Shown here piece by piece: positions 36,936-50,995 of a DNA stretch of 64,000 nt (positions within the stretch are counted from its first letter, which is position 1; the number at the start of each line of letters is the position of its first letter). Under the pieces are notes generated by a model that worked only from the letters and a program-made list of their open reading frames with translations, was not told the origin of the DNA and did no database searches. The position numbers and the translations under genes were made by a program. Origin of the DNA: Lingula anatina (Eukaryota > Animalia > Brachiopoda); NCBI GenBank assembly GCA_051362555.1, contig CM120640.1, positions 18,724,001 through 18,788,000 of the forward strand, read 5' to 3'.

Positions 36936-39900
36936 ATGGACGCAAGTGGAGTGCGTGCTTTGGCCTCCCTGCTCGTGCTCATGTCGCACGTGCTGGCCCA
37001 GGATATGATGCTGTATGACAGCACCTTTCAGAACGGACAGGCAGGACAGTTGAACGGTAAATGCACGTGTGCCAATATCACGAACTTGGAAAACGCGGCA
37101 AACAGGAGGATGCTGACGATGGAACAGCGGTTCACGGCTCTCATCATGGAAGAGAGGAGACGAAATGAAAATCAGTCCGAAGAAATGCGGACTCTCAGCC
37201 ATAGACTACATCACCTTAACAAACAATTCAACACGGTGCAAGACAAGGAAACAAAACAGTCAGCGGTCATCAAACACCTGCGAGATGAGATGGCTCGCCA
37301 GCAGAGCACCATGGACAACCTGCAGTCCGACGTCCAGAGGCTGCAGGCCTTGGTTGGGAACCTTACCAGTTCCCTGGGGTCCCTTAAACAAGCCCCCTCA
37401 CAGACCCAGGCCCACGTTACCCCAACAGCGAAGGTGGAGACGACAGATGTCCCATTTGTGCCGCTTTTTCCAAAAGGTCAGTAGCTTTTTTACTTGTCAC
37501 TGCTTTCTCCCCACCCCCTTCAGCACCACATTAGCCGTTTTTGTATCTGCTTCTGTTTTTACAGTAAGTTGATTGGGTGCATGTTAGATAGGCTTTTTAT
37601 TTGCTCACAACATGAATGTATAACTTATCATCCCTGAAAAGAATCGTAGTAAAGGGTTTAGGGATACTTAACCACATTTGTGCATCCTTATGCCGATAAA
37701 CATACTTTTAACTTACAGTTAACTTTTCCATTTACTTGCTACATGTGCAGCAGTATCAGAAACACGTTACATTCGACTGTAAAATTCCCACTAATTTTTT
37801 ATACACTTCTGTAGCTTTTGCCCCCACTGCTCAATACCCATGCTATTGCTTTTGTTGCTTTTAGATCCAGATATTTATGAATTTTATGTTAGTATTATTT
37901 TAATTTTGTTTTCATTTATGTTTTAATAGGCTCTAACGGTGCTATGCGCACCGGTATATTTTGTTGTTCCATGCACCATTTGTTTTGATTTTTTTCCCTC
38001 CTTGACAGTTTTTATGTTTTCTTTTGGTGTTCACTCTAACCTCCTGGAGATCTCACACGTTGAAGGTCAGCCATTACCCGTATATTATCACCTCTCCAAA
38101 ACACAGAAAAATAACAGTTAGCATAGTCGATGTTGAAAACATGGAAATGTAATGCACTATCTGATATTGGGTTTTGGCTTCCAAGTTTCCGCCTACCCTT
38201 TGTAAGAAACGTCTTTACGAAGCTAAAGAATATAGATAGTCTTTGTTTCCCCTTCGATCGCCACACGGCAGATAATCTAAATCCCCCCAGGTAAGTAGTG
38301 TAATTACTCCGTCTGAGGCGTCTGCGTTAAGGAGATACCCGGAGAAGTGGAAAGCTTTTAAGTTTGACGTTGTAGCGAACTTAAGGTCAAAACGCCTGTC
38401 CAAGATAAATCGATTCCTTCAGCAAACAGGCTCAGAGATTTCTTTGTACAAAGTTAGCGAAAGGATAATTAATCTGCCTTGATTTAAAGCCCCAATATAT
38501 CATGCCAAAAAGACTTTAAACGAAAGATTTTAGAAATATTGTCTACAGATTTGGAGCAGAAAAGTGTGTTATCATCGCCTGGGATGCTTTAGTTCAAATT
38601 AATACAAAGTTATTCGTTTAGGAGTTTTATCCGATAGCTATTTTCTAGTAATACGAATCAATTTCTAACAGAAACAGAAATTTAGCAACGTAATTATCGG
38701 TTTCTTTTTCCTACCTATTCTAGCAATGGGTGCTTTCGGTTATATGCAGTGGGCTGACACATTTGACAGACGTAGAAGCTTAAAATATTCTGCCTGGTTT
38801 CTCTTAAAAATTCTTGAAATTTTGTGAATTTGCCAATTGAAAAAAAAGCATACCATATTTGGCCTTTGTAGTTCTCCTATTCGCATAACGACAGAATGAA
38901 AAAAAGCGTCAAAATAGTACAGCTGCCGAATTATCCACCCTAATCGTGTACTCGCTATGTATCAGTGTTTTTTCAGTTATTCATCCAGATAAAAGTGGGC
39001 GATTGCGGAAGCGTTTGCTTTTGAAGGCAGATTATGAAAATTTGTCTCTTGGTAAAATGAGTTATTTTACACATTTCTCGTGCTGTTTGCATGTAACATT
39101 CATTTTGAGAACTTCTTTTGGGTTCAGTGGATCCGCAGCCAGACTGACAGCCAGAGGTGCCCGAGTTCTCGATTGCGAGCCACACATTCTACATTGCAGT
39201 CCGGGAACATGAATGATTTGAAATTTTTCAGGTTCCCCACCCCACTGGGTCCCTGTTACCAGGGCAGAGGCACGACAGACGTCCCGCGGCAAAAGTCAAC
39301 AAAATGTAACACTAGTTTTTTTCACATGAATTAAATCAAATATAAAGGAATATTGGGGATTTTTTTCAAAGCAAAATATCAGAAGATTGCCCGAAGCAAA
39401 TTTTTGAGGATTTGACCCTAACGATGTTGTTGTAAGGTAAAATGGCGGGGCGGGGCAAAAAGACTTAGTCCAAAAAATGGTGAACCGAACCTTACTGTCC
39501 TGTGAACTGTGTGGACCATGCTGGGCCTTACCAAGAAGCCTTGTGCCATTTGTTTATAGAAAAAGTAGACACGATTGGCGATACTTTCACGCCCATAAAG
39601 ATCCAACAATCTAATTAATTTTAAGTGCTACAAAGTAGAAGACAAGAATAATAAAGACTTAAGAGATTCGATCTTACATTTCCCAGTGTCATTGGGAGCC
39701 TCCCTGGACATCTGATGAAATGTTTTTCTTAGTCTTAACCATGTGTGCCAAATTAAGTCTATCTGAAATTGTTTTATGATCTAAAATTGTTGTCAGAAAT
39801 ATTTTTGAACTTGAATATTTTCACTCTAATTGATGAGGGAAAGCTTTTGCATGATAAAAAGAAAAGGGTACAGCAATGATATCTTTTTATACATTTATGT

Positions 39901-42900
39901 ATCCATTGGATACTGTGTAATGAAATAAAAAAGTACGGCTCCTAAGTTTACACAATATTAAAAAAATAAAACGACCCGTTTTGAACCGTATTTATGGACC
40001 ATGTTCACTTTGTAAAGAAGGAAGTGTTGTGAGGCAGTTCGGTTATTTCTGGCCTAATACACCTTATCATTTTTGCATCGCTTTCAAAATGTCAAATTCT
40101 TGGTTTCCTTGCAGAACCTCTGTTGGGGTGGCGCAGACGAGATAGCTTGTGTTGCTAGTTTTTAACGTCTGTAAACGTACTGTCTGCCCTCCGAAATGTA
40201 ATGACGTCGTAACATTCTCCATACTCTAGGTTTTAACAACACACTTTGTCACAACGTACATAATGCGACAAAGCTTGGCGACAGTATAAGCTATATGACA
40301 ACACTTAAATTAAGATGACATAAGAATATTTTCAAATGTCATTCCAAGCCAATTGCAAAGTACTCGAGATTGATAATAGGTTTCATGTCAAGTCGATGCT
40401 GGAGAATTCGTTCCAAGCACCGATGGACAATCCTATTGTTAGGACTGCATTAAGAGGTGATAGAGAAAGTGTTAGGTGATTGCCACCTGTGTCTACCTAT
40501 GATACTGTGATCATGCAACCGTAAGGTCATTTGTCAACCTTCATCCCTTTGCCGCCTTGGCATTAATGGTCCTAGAGTCCAGCAGTTACGACTATATTGT
40601 TCAGAGATGACAGGTCCTAATATAAACTACATTAAAAAGGTACAGCAAATCGTATTAAAATCTTGAAATCTCTAGTGGGGCATTGGAAACGCGAGGGTAT
40701 TACATCAACCGGCGCCAAACGGACAAATTGCTTACAAAATTGCGTTTGAATGAAACATCAAAACCAAATACTTGACAGTGAATTTAATGAGTTTTTCCTT
40801 TGAATCGTCATGTTCTGGAATTACTTGTCGCCTGGGAAATTATCTTGAGGTATCCAAAGGTATTCTTCGCAAAAAAAAAAAAAAAAAAAAAAAACAGAAG
40901 AAGGATGTTTACGTAAGGCCCATCAATCTCAAACTTAAGGACTCCGGAGAATACGCCCGGTGCAACCAATAACTTCATTCTTGGGCACCCTTGCAGGAAA
41001 ATATTGAAAGACGGGATGGCTCACCTATCTCCCAGCCAAGTCTGGGCCTGAATTTTAATTAAAAGCTTATTTTAACTCGGACCACCAACGCTGCCGCCGT
41101 AAACTGCAACCAAAGTAATGATCTCTCATGTCGTTGTTACTCAGAAATAATGGTTTCTCATATTCGCACCTGAGTCCCTTAGCGCTTGGGTGCATTGGCC
41201 TGTCGTTAATACAAACCACGTGCACCGTCTGAAGATGGAAGATAGTGCAAATTACTTAAGTAAATGTGTACTTACACTAGGCCAGATCCTAGATCTCATC
41301 ATCACTTTTACTACCTTGCAAATCAATGCATAAAAACAATTTTTCCATTAATTGTTTAATTATGGGCGTCCCTCCTGATATTTTCTAGCATCGCCTACCG
41401 TTAAAAGCAACTGAACGTTGGAGATGGATCTAATATATGTCCGTATATTGAACCACCCGTTGTTCTGTTATGTTCAATCAAATGGAACACACCTCTTCGG
41501 CTATCACGTTTTAGGCAAATACGGCTGAGGAAGGCCCTCTTCATGTAGTCGATGCTTTAAACCGTGTGATAATGCTATCTCGCACCATATGCAAGATGGT
41601 TTTAAAAAAACTTAACATTGAAACAAATAACAGGCAGTAGAGAATTATTATTTTTGACATTTTTATTTCCTTACTGGATATGTGCACTCTTTTTTACTTT
41701 TGTCTACCAGTAGATATGTGAGTTATGACCACGTATTTCATCACTCATTTTTTTCACCAGGGGGATTGAATGATAGATGACTGTGGCCAAGGAAGAAGTT
41801 TAATAAAGGTGTCTATGGCTGAAGTCAGCTTTTTAATACATCGACCACTGCTTGATCAACAGCCCCAACAGTTGGTCTCATCTTACGGTCTTAGCTTATA
41901 GTTTTAATCGACAGGATGAATTATGGGCCCTCCAGTTTGCACTTATTTGACATTGATTCCTGATGACCTTGAAGAAATGCACCAGTCGCCTAACCTATGC
42001 TGTCGCGCAAATTAATTCTGATGATATACTGATATGTATTTACTGCATAATCTGTAATTTTAACAGAAACTGACAGCCCTCCAATATTATATCACATTAC
42101 AAAGGCTAACGCTCTTAATACCCATGATTAGTGAAAATACCACCTTGCGCATTATCGGAGATCAATCTAATACTTGGCCGATCTCCTAACACTTGGTAAG
42201 TGTTAAGATGACATATATAAGTAATTGTGTGATAAGTGGTACCAGGAATTAAGACATAAGCCACTGTAATCTGTCTCGATAGTTTCCAACCTGATGCTTC
42301 AGATAAAATAGTCTTCCCAAGTTTTTTTCTTTTTAGCTGTGTATCATCATTTAATGTTATGAATCTTTTTATGGCAATGGTGATTTGGCATTATCCAGGT
42401 TTCTTCTCTTCCTGTCGTGGACAGGTTTTGTTCGGATAAGATCTTATTGAAAAGAATATCCCACACAGTAACAGAGATTTACATGCATTACTCAAAAGGC
42501 AGGGTTAGTTACTTTATAGACCCCCTTAATTTCACTTCAGTGTAACGCCCTTCTTTAGCGCTTTCACGTAGAGCTTGTCTGCACTTGATGAGATGCTTGT
42601 TGCTTGGTTTATCTACGGTTCAACTTATCAAATTATTTTCAGCCAATCTTTATCATATTGTTTTACATTTACCGCCGACAATAGCAGCGGCTGTTCTTAT
42701 TGTATACACAAGGTACAAATACTTCTTTCTTTCTATGAAAAGAACATAATGCATTGCCAACGTGGTGTATTGAATTCGTAATTGCTACCTGCATAATTCA
42801 GCTTATCGGAATTTATTATACGCATTCGAGTATAAACTAGATCTGTTGTCTGTCAAGATTTTTTAATGCAATTTTCCGTTGGCATCTTTTCGACGACATA

Positions 42901-45900
42901 CTCATTCAGCCTTGTTTCCTTTATTTACGCACTAATTTTCTTTTAGATTGCGAAGAGGTTTACAAGAATGGAGGTCTTAGATATCCAGGGGAATATTACA
43001 TCATGATTCAGCCCTCGGACACCGACCACGCCTTCAAAGCCTGCTGCAGGATTACCAACGAGTCAGGTAAGCAAAGACTCCGGAATAATGTAATTGTTAA
43101 TTCAGCTTGAAAAGAGATATCAAAAAGCTGTTATGTTGGCGCTACTCAAATGGCTTACAAACTGTGATAGGTAGAAACGGTGAAATGTCAGGTATGTTGT
43201 TTAAGCGGCTTGTAAAGGGTTTTAAAACATTAGTTTCCTTTTATTATGCGCCATAAATCACTGAGAAGTTAAATATGGAACCCGGATTAACGGGGAGTCT
43301 TAAAAGATTCTATATTTGTTCTCTTATGAGAGGAAGAATATCTCTGAATGTTATCTATTTAGAGACAAAATGCGGGTGCAAATTCGTTAATAATTGTGAA
43401 GATCAAAGAAAAGGTATGAGACGACTAAATATTGTTGGGGACTAAAAAACATCCTTAGAATGCTCATGGGCTTTAAATAACCTAAAATTAAAATGCGATT
43501 GTTTTAAACTAAATGGCAGGGATTGTGGGAGTTGAACTGAACATGCTTCAACCCACGTGATCGTTAATCTAATTTTCGTCAGGTGTATTTCGTTAGTAAT
43601 TATGAAGATCAAAGAAAAGGTGTGAGACGACTAAATATTGCTGGGGACTAAAACATCCTTAGAATGCTCCTGGGCTTTAAATAACTTAAAATTAAAAAGC
43701 GGTTGTTTTAAACTAAATGGCAAGGACTTTGGGAGTGCTTCAACCCACGTGATCGTTAATCTAATTTTTGTCAGGTGCAAACGTTTTTCAGAGGAAATGT
43801 GATATTTGGATAAAACAGCGTCCATGTACAGTGTATAAGGAAACAGATGATATATTTATCCCTGACAACAGACCAGCAACAGTTCTTTTATCATACTAGG
43901 TCTCAAAACTTTCTTATTTTCTAACAAAAAAGTACCTTTTCTTTTGAAAAAAAAACCTAAATGAAAAATTCTTCAACTCAGCTGCCCCCCCTCCCCTCCA
44001 TCCCGCCATCTCAGCAAAACACCCCGGTCAGCAAGGTATCCAACTGACTTCGGTGAAGTTCAATCTATTTAACCTTTCGCTGCTGGTCAGTGTGAAGATA
44101 TTTCACAGTCAACTGTTGCCTAACCCTCAGAACAGATTCCAGTCCATAAAAAACCAATTGATGATAAATCTTTCAGAGAGGTAATTTCTCGGATTTCGCG
44201 GCTTGATTGGCAGGCCTTTGAAAAGAAAGCTGTCCGTTTTTTTGTTTTTCTCGTAAATATGGAAATCGTTGGTGTTTTGTTACCTTTAATTGCTATAAAA
44301 GACGAGCAGGTTCGGAACTAGGGGAACTTGAGTTCGGTTTTGCAATTTCCTACTGTTAGAAATTGGTGAAACTACGTATAATTGGCATAATTTTAAGCTT
44401 ATGGTATCCAGTTTAAAATATCGAGCGGCATATGAAAGTTATATTTAATCCACCTGCGTGAATTTTGAAATAAATGGGCATAGTTTTTCTTCTTATTGAT
44501 TTCGACTATCAACTTTCACAAGTTACGTAAGCACAAAATGTTAAATCCGAGGTTGAGGTTACATGTACCAGACCGTTGTGGAAACTAGGAAAGAAGCAAA
44601 ATGATTTCAGCATAAGGATTTAGCCGTAGCATACCTTTATGTGCATGCTACCATGGCTAAAGCATCTTGTAGCTGCCATCAATAATGTTATTTAAGTACA
44701 TCGATGACTTTGCGCACAATTTTTTATTTACTATTAGCTAGGTGAATAGTGAACATATGTAGGATATCCGCACCTTCGTCTTTTGCCAAACCAGGCAGTC
44801 AATCGGTTCTTTTCTTCTTTTTTTATGTGGTTTGAACCTTTAATACATTTATAATGTAAAAACCAATGCGATATGATATCGAGTGTGATGTCGAAAGGGC
44901 AAGTTACCAGTAAAGCGGATTGACACATGTCCCAGGAAAGGGTTTGAATCGAAACGTTGAGGAGACTGCAATTTCACCACAAGAGTAAAACGACGGAAAT
45001 GTAAAAATGATCATATCAGAATGACTTTTATAGTCATTTGTAAATCTTGATATGAGAGGCGTCGGTTTCCGAGACGTCTTTATTTAGTTATTGTACCATT
45101 TTCATTTATTTCTATTATCAATAAGGCAAAGGTAAAACGAACTACTTAAAATGCCACGTCTGAGATGGGGCTCAAAAACGGGCATTTTGCATTGCGTGAG
45201 GCTGGGATGTTTTTTGTTATTTAATATCTATAGTGATACCAAAAATAATAGCATGAATGCCAACACGCCTTACTGTCTCACGTGGTAGAGATTAGGAAGG
45301 TTATTACTTCCAACCATGAGCTGCAGATTGATCAAGTCTAGTCGGCCGAAAAGAAAGTAGTAACCCTTTCATAAATGTCTCATAAATACACTTCAAGCGC
45401 ATGTCATGTAACGTGACATATTCGAACAGCGTTTTATGTTGCTTTTTTTTAAATTCACAATGTTAAAGTGCAAGTGCTTTCTTAAGATTTTTATAACTCA
45501 GTCATTATTCAAAACATCCAGTTATTCCTGCGACGTAGTTCTGTCAAAAATTATCTTTCCAGATTTTCAAATCTGTACAATTTGTTTACATTTTTGTGTT
45601 TATTTGTTTATTCATTTAGGATGGACAGTCATTCAACGCAGGCAAGATGGATCTGTGAACTTCTTCCGCAAGTGGGAGGACTACAAAACTGGCTTTGGGG
45701 ATCTGAAGGGAGAATTCTGGCTAGGAAACGATCACATCCACGATCTGACTTCACAAGGTATGATATTCTCGAATGAAGTTACTTGCTCAGAGTTAAACTA
45801 TCACTCAGTATCACGGGTGCAGCACTCATGCGCATTTCTTCTCACTCTTGTATTTGATTTCTAGGACGGGCGAGATTGAGCTACATGCATATCCATGGGA

Positions 45901-46837
45901 GAGAGATATCCTTTATTTCTTAAACATACCCCGGCCGAAAAAAACACCACTCAAATGCCAAAATTGAGATTTGCTCACGGCAGATATTTTAAGGTTGATA
46001 ACGTACTTGATTGTATAATTTTGACAGCGTGTTACTGGCCCCGAAAAAACATTTTAAGGTAAAATTAGCCTCCCCGCCATCGTAAATTAAGTTGTATAGT
46101 GGCCCCGTTGACACTATGGGGAAAGAGCTCGGGAAAAGGGCAGCTGTAAGTCCGCTGACGTGGTACAAGAGGCAAGCATACAGGAAGGAATAAGCAATAA
46201 AAATCTGCAAGACGCTTTCATGTATAAGATCTTTTTTAGTTCTGCAATGGGGTGCTTAGGAACATAAACATCGATTTTCTACTACTTCACACAAACATTT
46301 ATCTCTAAAGGTTAGATAGTTAATTTTGGAAAGGGCGTATTTGCACCATCTGATTTTAGTTAAGATTATCCCCAAAACGCGTTAATCTTTATTATACTTT
46401 TAGGTGCTTATAAACTCCGCATCGAGATGGAGACTTGGGAAGGCAAATCGTACTACGCAGAATATGACAGCTTCAGCGTCGGAGCCGAGAGCGACCTCTA
46501 TAAGCTGAGCGTGAAAGGTTACCATGGCAACGCTGGGGACTCTCTGACATCTTACTGGGAGAACCACGATGGACAGCCCTTCAGCACGGTGGACAGAGAC
46601 AACGACGATCGTTACTATGACAACTGCGCCAAGCATTATCGCGGTGCCTGGTGGTTCAAGAGCTGCTTTGAATCTCACCTGAATGGGGTGTACTACCAGA
46701 AAGGAAAGCACAACAATTACTTTGTCCGCAATGGAGTCCAGTGGAATACTATTCACCTCCACTCGTCCCTCAAATATGCCAACATGATGGTGAAACCCAA
46801 CGAAAGCCCCAGCATGATCACCAATGAGGTCCAGTAA
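36936..46837 (+). CDS. Secreted fibrinogen-related domain protein (signal peptide + coiled coil + FBG; angiopoietin-like/fibroleukin-like), ~410 aa
   Basis: Exons 36936-37476, 42947-43066, 45620-45757 and 46404-46837, each intron in phase 1. Signal peptide ...[10 protein letters not shown]|Q and CTC motif. FBG motifs [53 protein letters not shown] and [15 protein letters not shown]. Confidence 0.92.
43391..43776. repeat. Tandem duplication of a ~190-200-bp unit (2 copies)
   Basis: TAATT(G/A)TGAAGATCAAAGAAAAGGT...CTAATTTT(C/T)GTCAGGTG at ~43391-43586 and ~43597-43777. Confidence 0.85.
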
Positions 46838-47827
46838 ACAGTTCAGAATCAGAAGGCGAAAAGGTCTGCAAAATCATTAGACGCGACAATCATTCATTCC
46901 GTGGTATACCACAGGGGAATCCTTGTAACACACTGCCAAGTTTAAGGAGGCTCTCTGAACCAAAAAGCGGGCCGTTCGTTCTCCCGTTCTTGTTTGTAGT
47001 ATAACAATAGGGACCTGTGGCACCGAATTCGTAAATGCTGCTGAGACACATTTGGCACATGTCTATTACTGCTGATGACACTTAATTTTGGTACACTGAA
47101 ATGTTCTAGGAAAATTTTGCACTTATGCCCGCAAAAATGTATAAAAGATTAGTAGTCTTGGTGTCATTGATGGCAAGGGTATCTTGCGTTAAGCGGTAGT
47201 CCGCTGTCGCATTGATACCCGAGTCGGTGTAAGCGGTTCAGGAAAGATGCTGGTGATGGAAAAATGAATTAATTTCACCAAAGCGAATGGTTATCTCTAC
47301 GAAAGGTTGTATGACAAAAGAAAAAAAAGAGATCTTTGTAAATAGTTCCATTACGAATTGTTTATTAATGGTCATTAATGTTAAATTTGTATATAATTTA
47401 TTTTGATCTTTTCAGATAAGTATAATGCAAGTTATATTATGTGAAAAATGAAAACGCAAATATGAGATTTATATACGATGGAAGAGGTTGAAATGAAATT
47501 AGTCAACAAAAATAGGAGCTTCGAAAAAGTGAAAGACATACACCATCTTCACAATTGCGTTAATAGCCAGATCCAACATATCATAACGTAATTTGAAGAC
47601 AATGGTCCACTGAAAGAAACGGTGCTTATAGTGGAGTTGTCCGAGTTGTACATATCCAAATGTAAATAATTCTAGGCCTAAATGTTCATTTCCTATATTG
47701 TGATAAAAAGTAAAGTAGCAATAATGTGTACCGAAGGTAGAAATTGATCTGTACTAAGATTTTGGTCTCATTTTAATAAATGTTTTGTTTAAAAGGTTTG
47801 TTCAGTTTTTTTCCTGAAGTTCAGTTA

Positions 47828-47853
47828 TCTCTCTCTCTCTCTCTCTCTCTCTC
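47828..47853. repeat. (TC)n microsatellite
   Basis: Read directly. Confidence 0.85.
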
Positions 47854-50233
47854 AGCAAAAGAACGAACTCGATGGACCACATTTGTCAATCTTCAACAGA
47901 ACAGACAACATTTATTTCAAAGCAAAAATTCAACACACATTCATTAACATTCGCCCTTCGATACCATGAAGCACATAAATTTCTATTCAACTCGGCAAAA
48001 TGTCAAAAACTTCAAGAACCGTTTGAACACAGCTCAGCTTCCCCCGTGGCACTGCACTGGCACAGAAATAATTATGACAAATCGTAGTTGTACCAAAAAA
48101 CAACATATTCATTTGAGTATTCTCGCTAAAGCTGAGGGGATGTAATTGGGCGTGGAAGGCGCTTGTGTAGGGCAAAGGTGCCACGTATGTGTTGAACGAA
48201 AGAAAAGCGAGCCTGCCAACACTGCCATGTGAAACCTTTTTTTTCTTCGCGAATTGCGGAGTTTAATCAAAGGATTCAAAGTACCACTTTTGTGGAAATA
48301 TTGTCTTGTTTAACTGACGTTAAAATGATGCTTTATGGCTGTCTACACACCTCAAATTCAGGTGTGTGTGTGTGTATGTGCTTGGAGATGTATTATTAAC
48401 TATTGCGTAGATAACTTAAAACGCACGACCACCCAAGTTTTTTTAAATAATGTGATACGCCTGTTTTAGTGCACCGCCTTAAGGGTATGACACTAAAACT
48501 GATGAGGCTTCTTTTACGTGCTATTGCAGGGTAAATGCTACAATGGTCAAGTGTTCTTGCTGGAATGGTGAGAGGAAAATATTCACGCAATGTAACTCAG
48601 CAGATATATACAACTCTTCAAACTGCAAATCCGAATTCGTTTGATGAACTCTGCTTCTCTGGCTCAGAAGGTAGTTGTCGGAATGCTTCAATTTGCTAGC
48701 AAAAACGTGCACCGTCTTGAAATAATGCAATCTTTCCTCTATATCGGTCTTTTAACATGGATAAACATACGCTCGTTAAGTTGTTTACTCTATTCTAATG
48801 TGTGCATTTCTGCACCTAATTAAGTTTAAGCCGTTGCGTTAAAATCGCACCTGTGCTACTCGGTCGAAAACTGAAATTGCGGCAGATGTGCTTACTTGAA
48901 CAATACCCAGCAATGTTACTGCTGAGATAGTTTCTACGAAATGTTGGAAAGATATCGATCAACAATTCTGAAGAATTTACTTGTTAAATTGTAGTGTTCA
49001 CACAGATAGCCTACTTGTGCTTATGTCTGAATATGAAAAAGAGCCATCTTAGCTACCAAGTACATCATCACGTGTGAATAACGCGGTGAACAGAAAAAAA
49101 GCTTAATATGTTAATATATCTCAATTTTTTTTCTATTATGTTTATGTAACATTTCATCAAATAATACTGTAAATTTTATATAATGTAAAATTTTGCTACG
49201 ACAGCATATGTAACATTCTTGTGATCCTCAGTACAAAAATCGTTGTCAAAAACATAATACAGGAATTAACCCTACTGGTGTTTCACCTATTAGGCCTACT
49301 TCTTAGAAACATTTTTTTTCTACAGATTGTCATTATGTTCTAAGTGCATCGGTATGTATTACTTATATCCATTCTTTGCCCTTTGAACATATCTCCCCAA
49401 ACAACTGAAATATGGTTATTTTTACTCGCCTTCAGCCACGCTCCAGATATGTGACTTTTGGATTACAAACGGGATATTGCAAATACGGTCAATTTTTTCA
49501 TGAATTCAGAAAATCGTGTTCGAGGTATTACAGTGACACCTGATTGGTGTCGGATATTGCCCTTTGAAACTGTAATGATGGAATGAATAGATAATAAGGC
49601 AGTCCGAAAAAAAAACAAATTTTCTTGGAAACTACAAAACGCTTAACTCTGATACTTTGTTTTAATCATGACTGTTAGAAAAGCTCTTAACCCCAAAAAA
49701 CTTTTATGCGTCAGAGGCAGTATAATGTTGTTGAATTTTAGTGAATTTCTCGCTGAATTATAGTGAATGATTTTGGAGTTGGGTGCTTTTTATTCACCTC
49801 ATTTATACTGAGAGAGAGAGAGAGAGAGTTCGTTCGTCAATAAACACACCTGTACCCATAGTACATGCGTGAACAGATATCGCTAATTATTGATTGGTGT
49901 GTTACTTCACCCGATATACAGAGCTCACAGCTTGCTGTGCACTTTCACGGTGGGGATCAATACCTCCGTATACATGAATAAAACATGGGTTGTGCACGAA
50001 CACGTCATTTCACTCTGATGGTAATGGTAAGGCGTCAAACGTAGTGTTAATCAAGATGACATATCAGGGCAACATCATGGGGCGTACATGTAGATGTACA
50101 TTGGAATTGTGGTAACAGCAATCAGAGCAATCGCCATGCTCCACCTTCCTTCTGATCTGTGATGTCCGGTGCGAATAAGTACCTCATCGCTGCCCAGATG
50201 GACTGACCGCGCCCTACATAGAAAATAGCAGCG

Positions 50234-50241
50234 TATATAAA
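50234..50241 (+). promoter_or_regulatory. Possible TATA box of the sulfotransferase gene
   Basis: TATATAAA in a GC-flanked context, upstream of an acceptor TTTTCACAG at 50579 that precedes the ATG exon. Confidence 0.25.
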
Positions 50242-50995
50242 GGTATTATATACAGTTCTAAAATCAATCAGGTTTTCCTCGATTTTGACAAAAGAGCGAA
50301 GGAAACGTTGCTTAGAAATATGGTTTCATCGAACAGTCGGCAGATAAAAATACTGAATGTGAATTAGCAGCTCTAGGGTAAAAGTGTTTCCACAATTTTA
50401 TAAACTGATTCAATTTAAATGAATTTACCACCAGAGAAAGACATAAGAACAACCAAACAGCTACCTTAAATTGTCTTCATTACTCCCCATTGGCTTGATC
50501 AGTTTAGCCTAATGGTTCACCTACTACCGTTTTTCTGTCTCTGTAGAGCAAACTTAAGCAATTTAACAGATTTTCACAGGCTACAAAGAAAGCAACTTCT
50601 TCACTGAATGTACTACTGGCCAAGAGATGCGCCTGGAAGCATGTTGTAATGGATTTTTGGCCTAGATTTCACTGAAGTCGCTCGTCGTGGGCGTGACATT
50701 GGTTTCTCATTTTCTCGAATCCAAGGAAAGGACGGGTTTGCATGATTTAGGAAACGTCATCAAGTTCGACTGAGGGAAATGAAAAATTCATACCCATAAT
50801 CACCCTAGAAGATGTAAACGATGGAAATGAGATTGAATATTTTATAATTTCATTCACATGCCTCTCAAACTGCAGCAATATGTAATTCTAATGGTACTGA
50901 AATGCATTATCCATCGCCAAGGTTTAATAACGCCTGGATAAAACGCAAATATAGACAACCTGCATTTAATCGGTATTAGACAGAAAGAGATCAGA

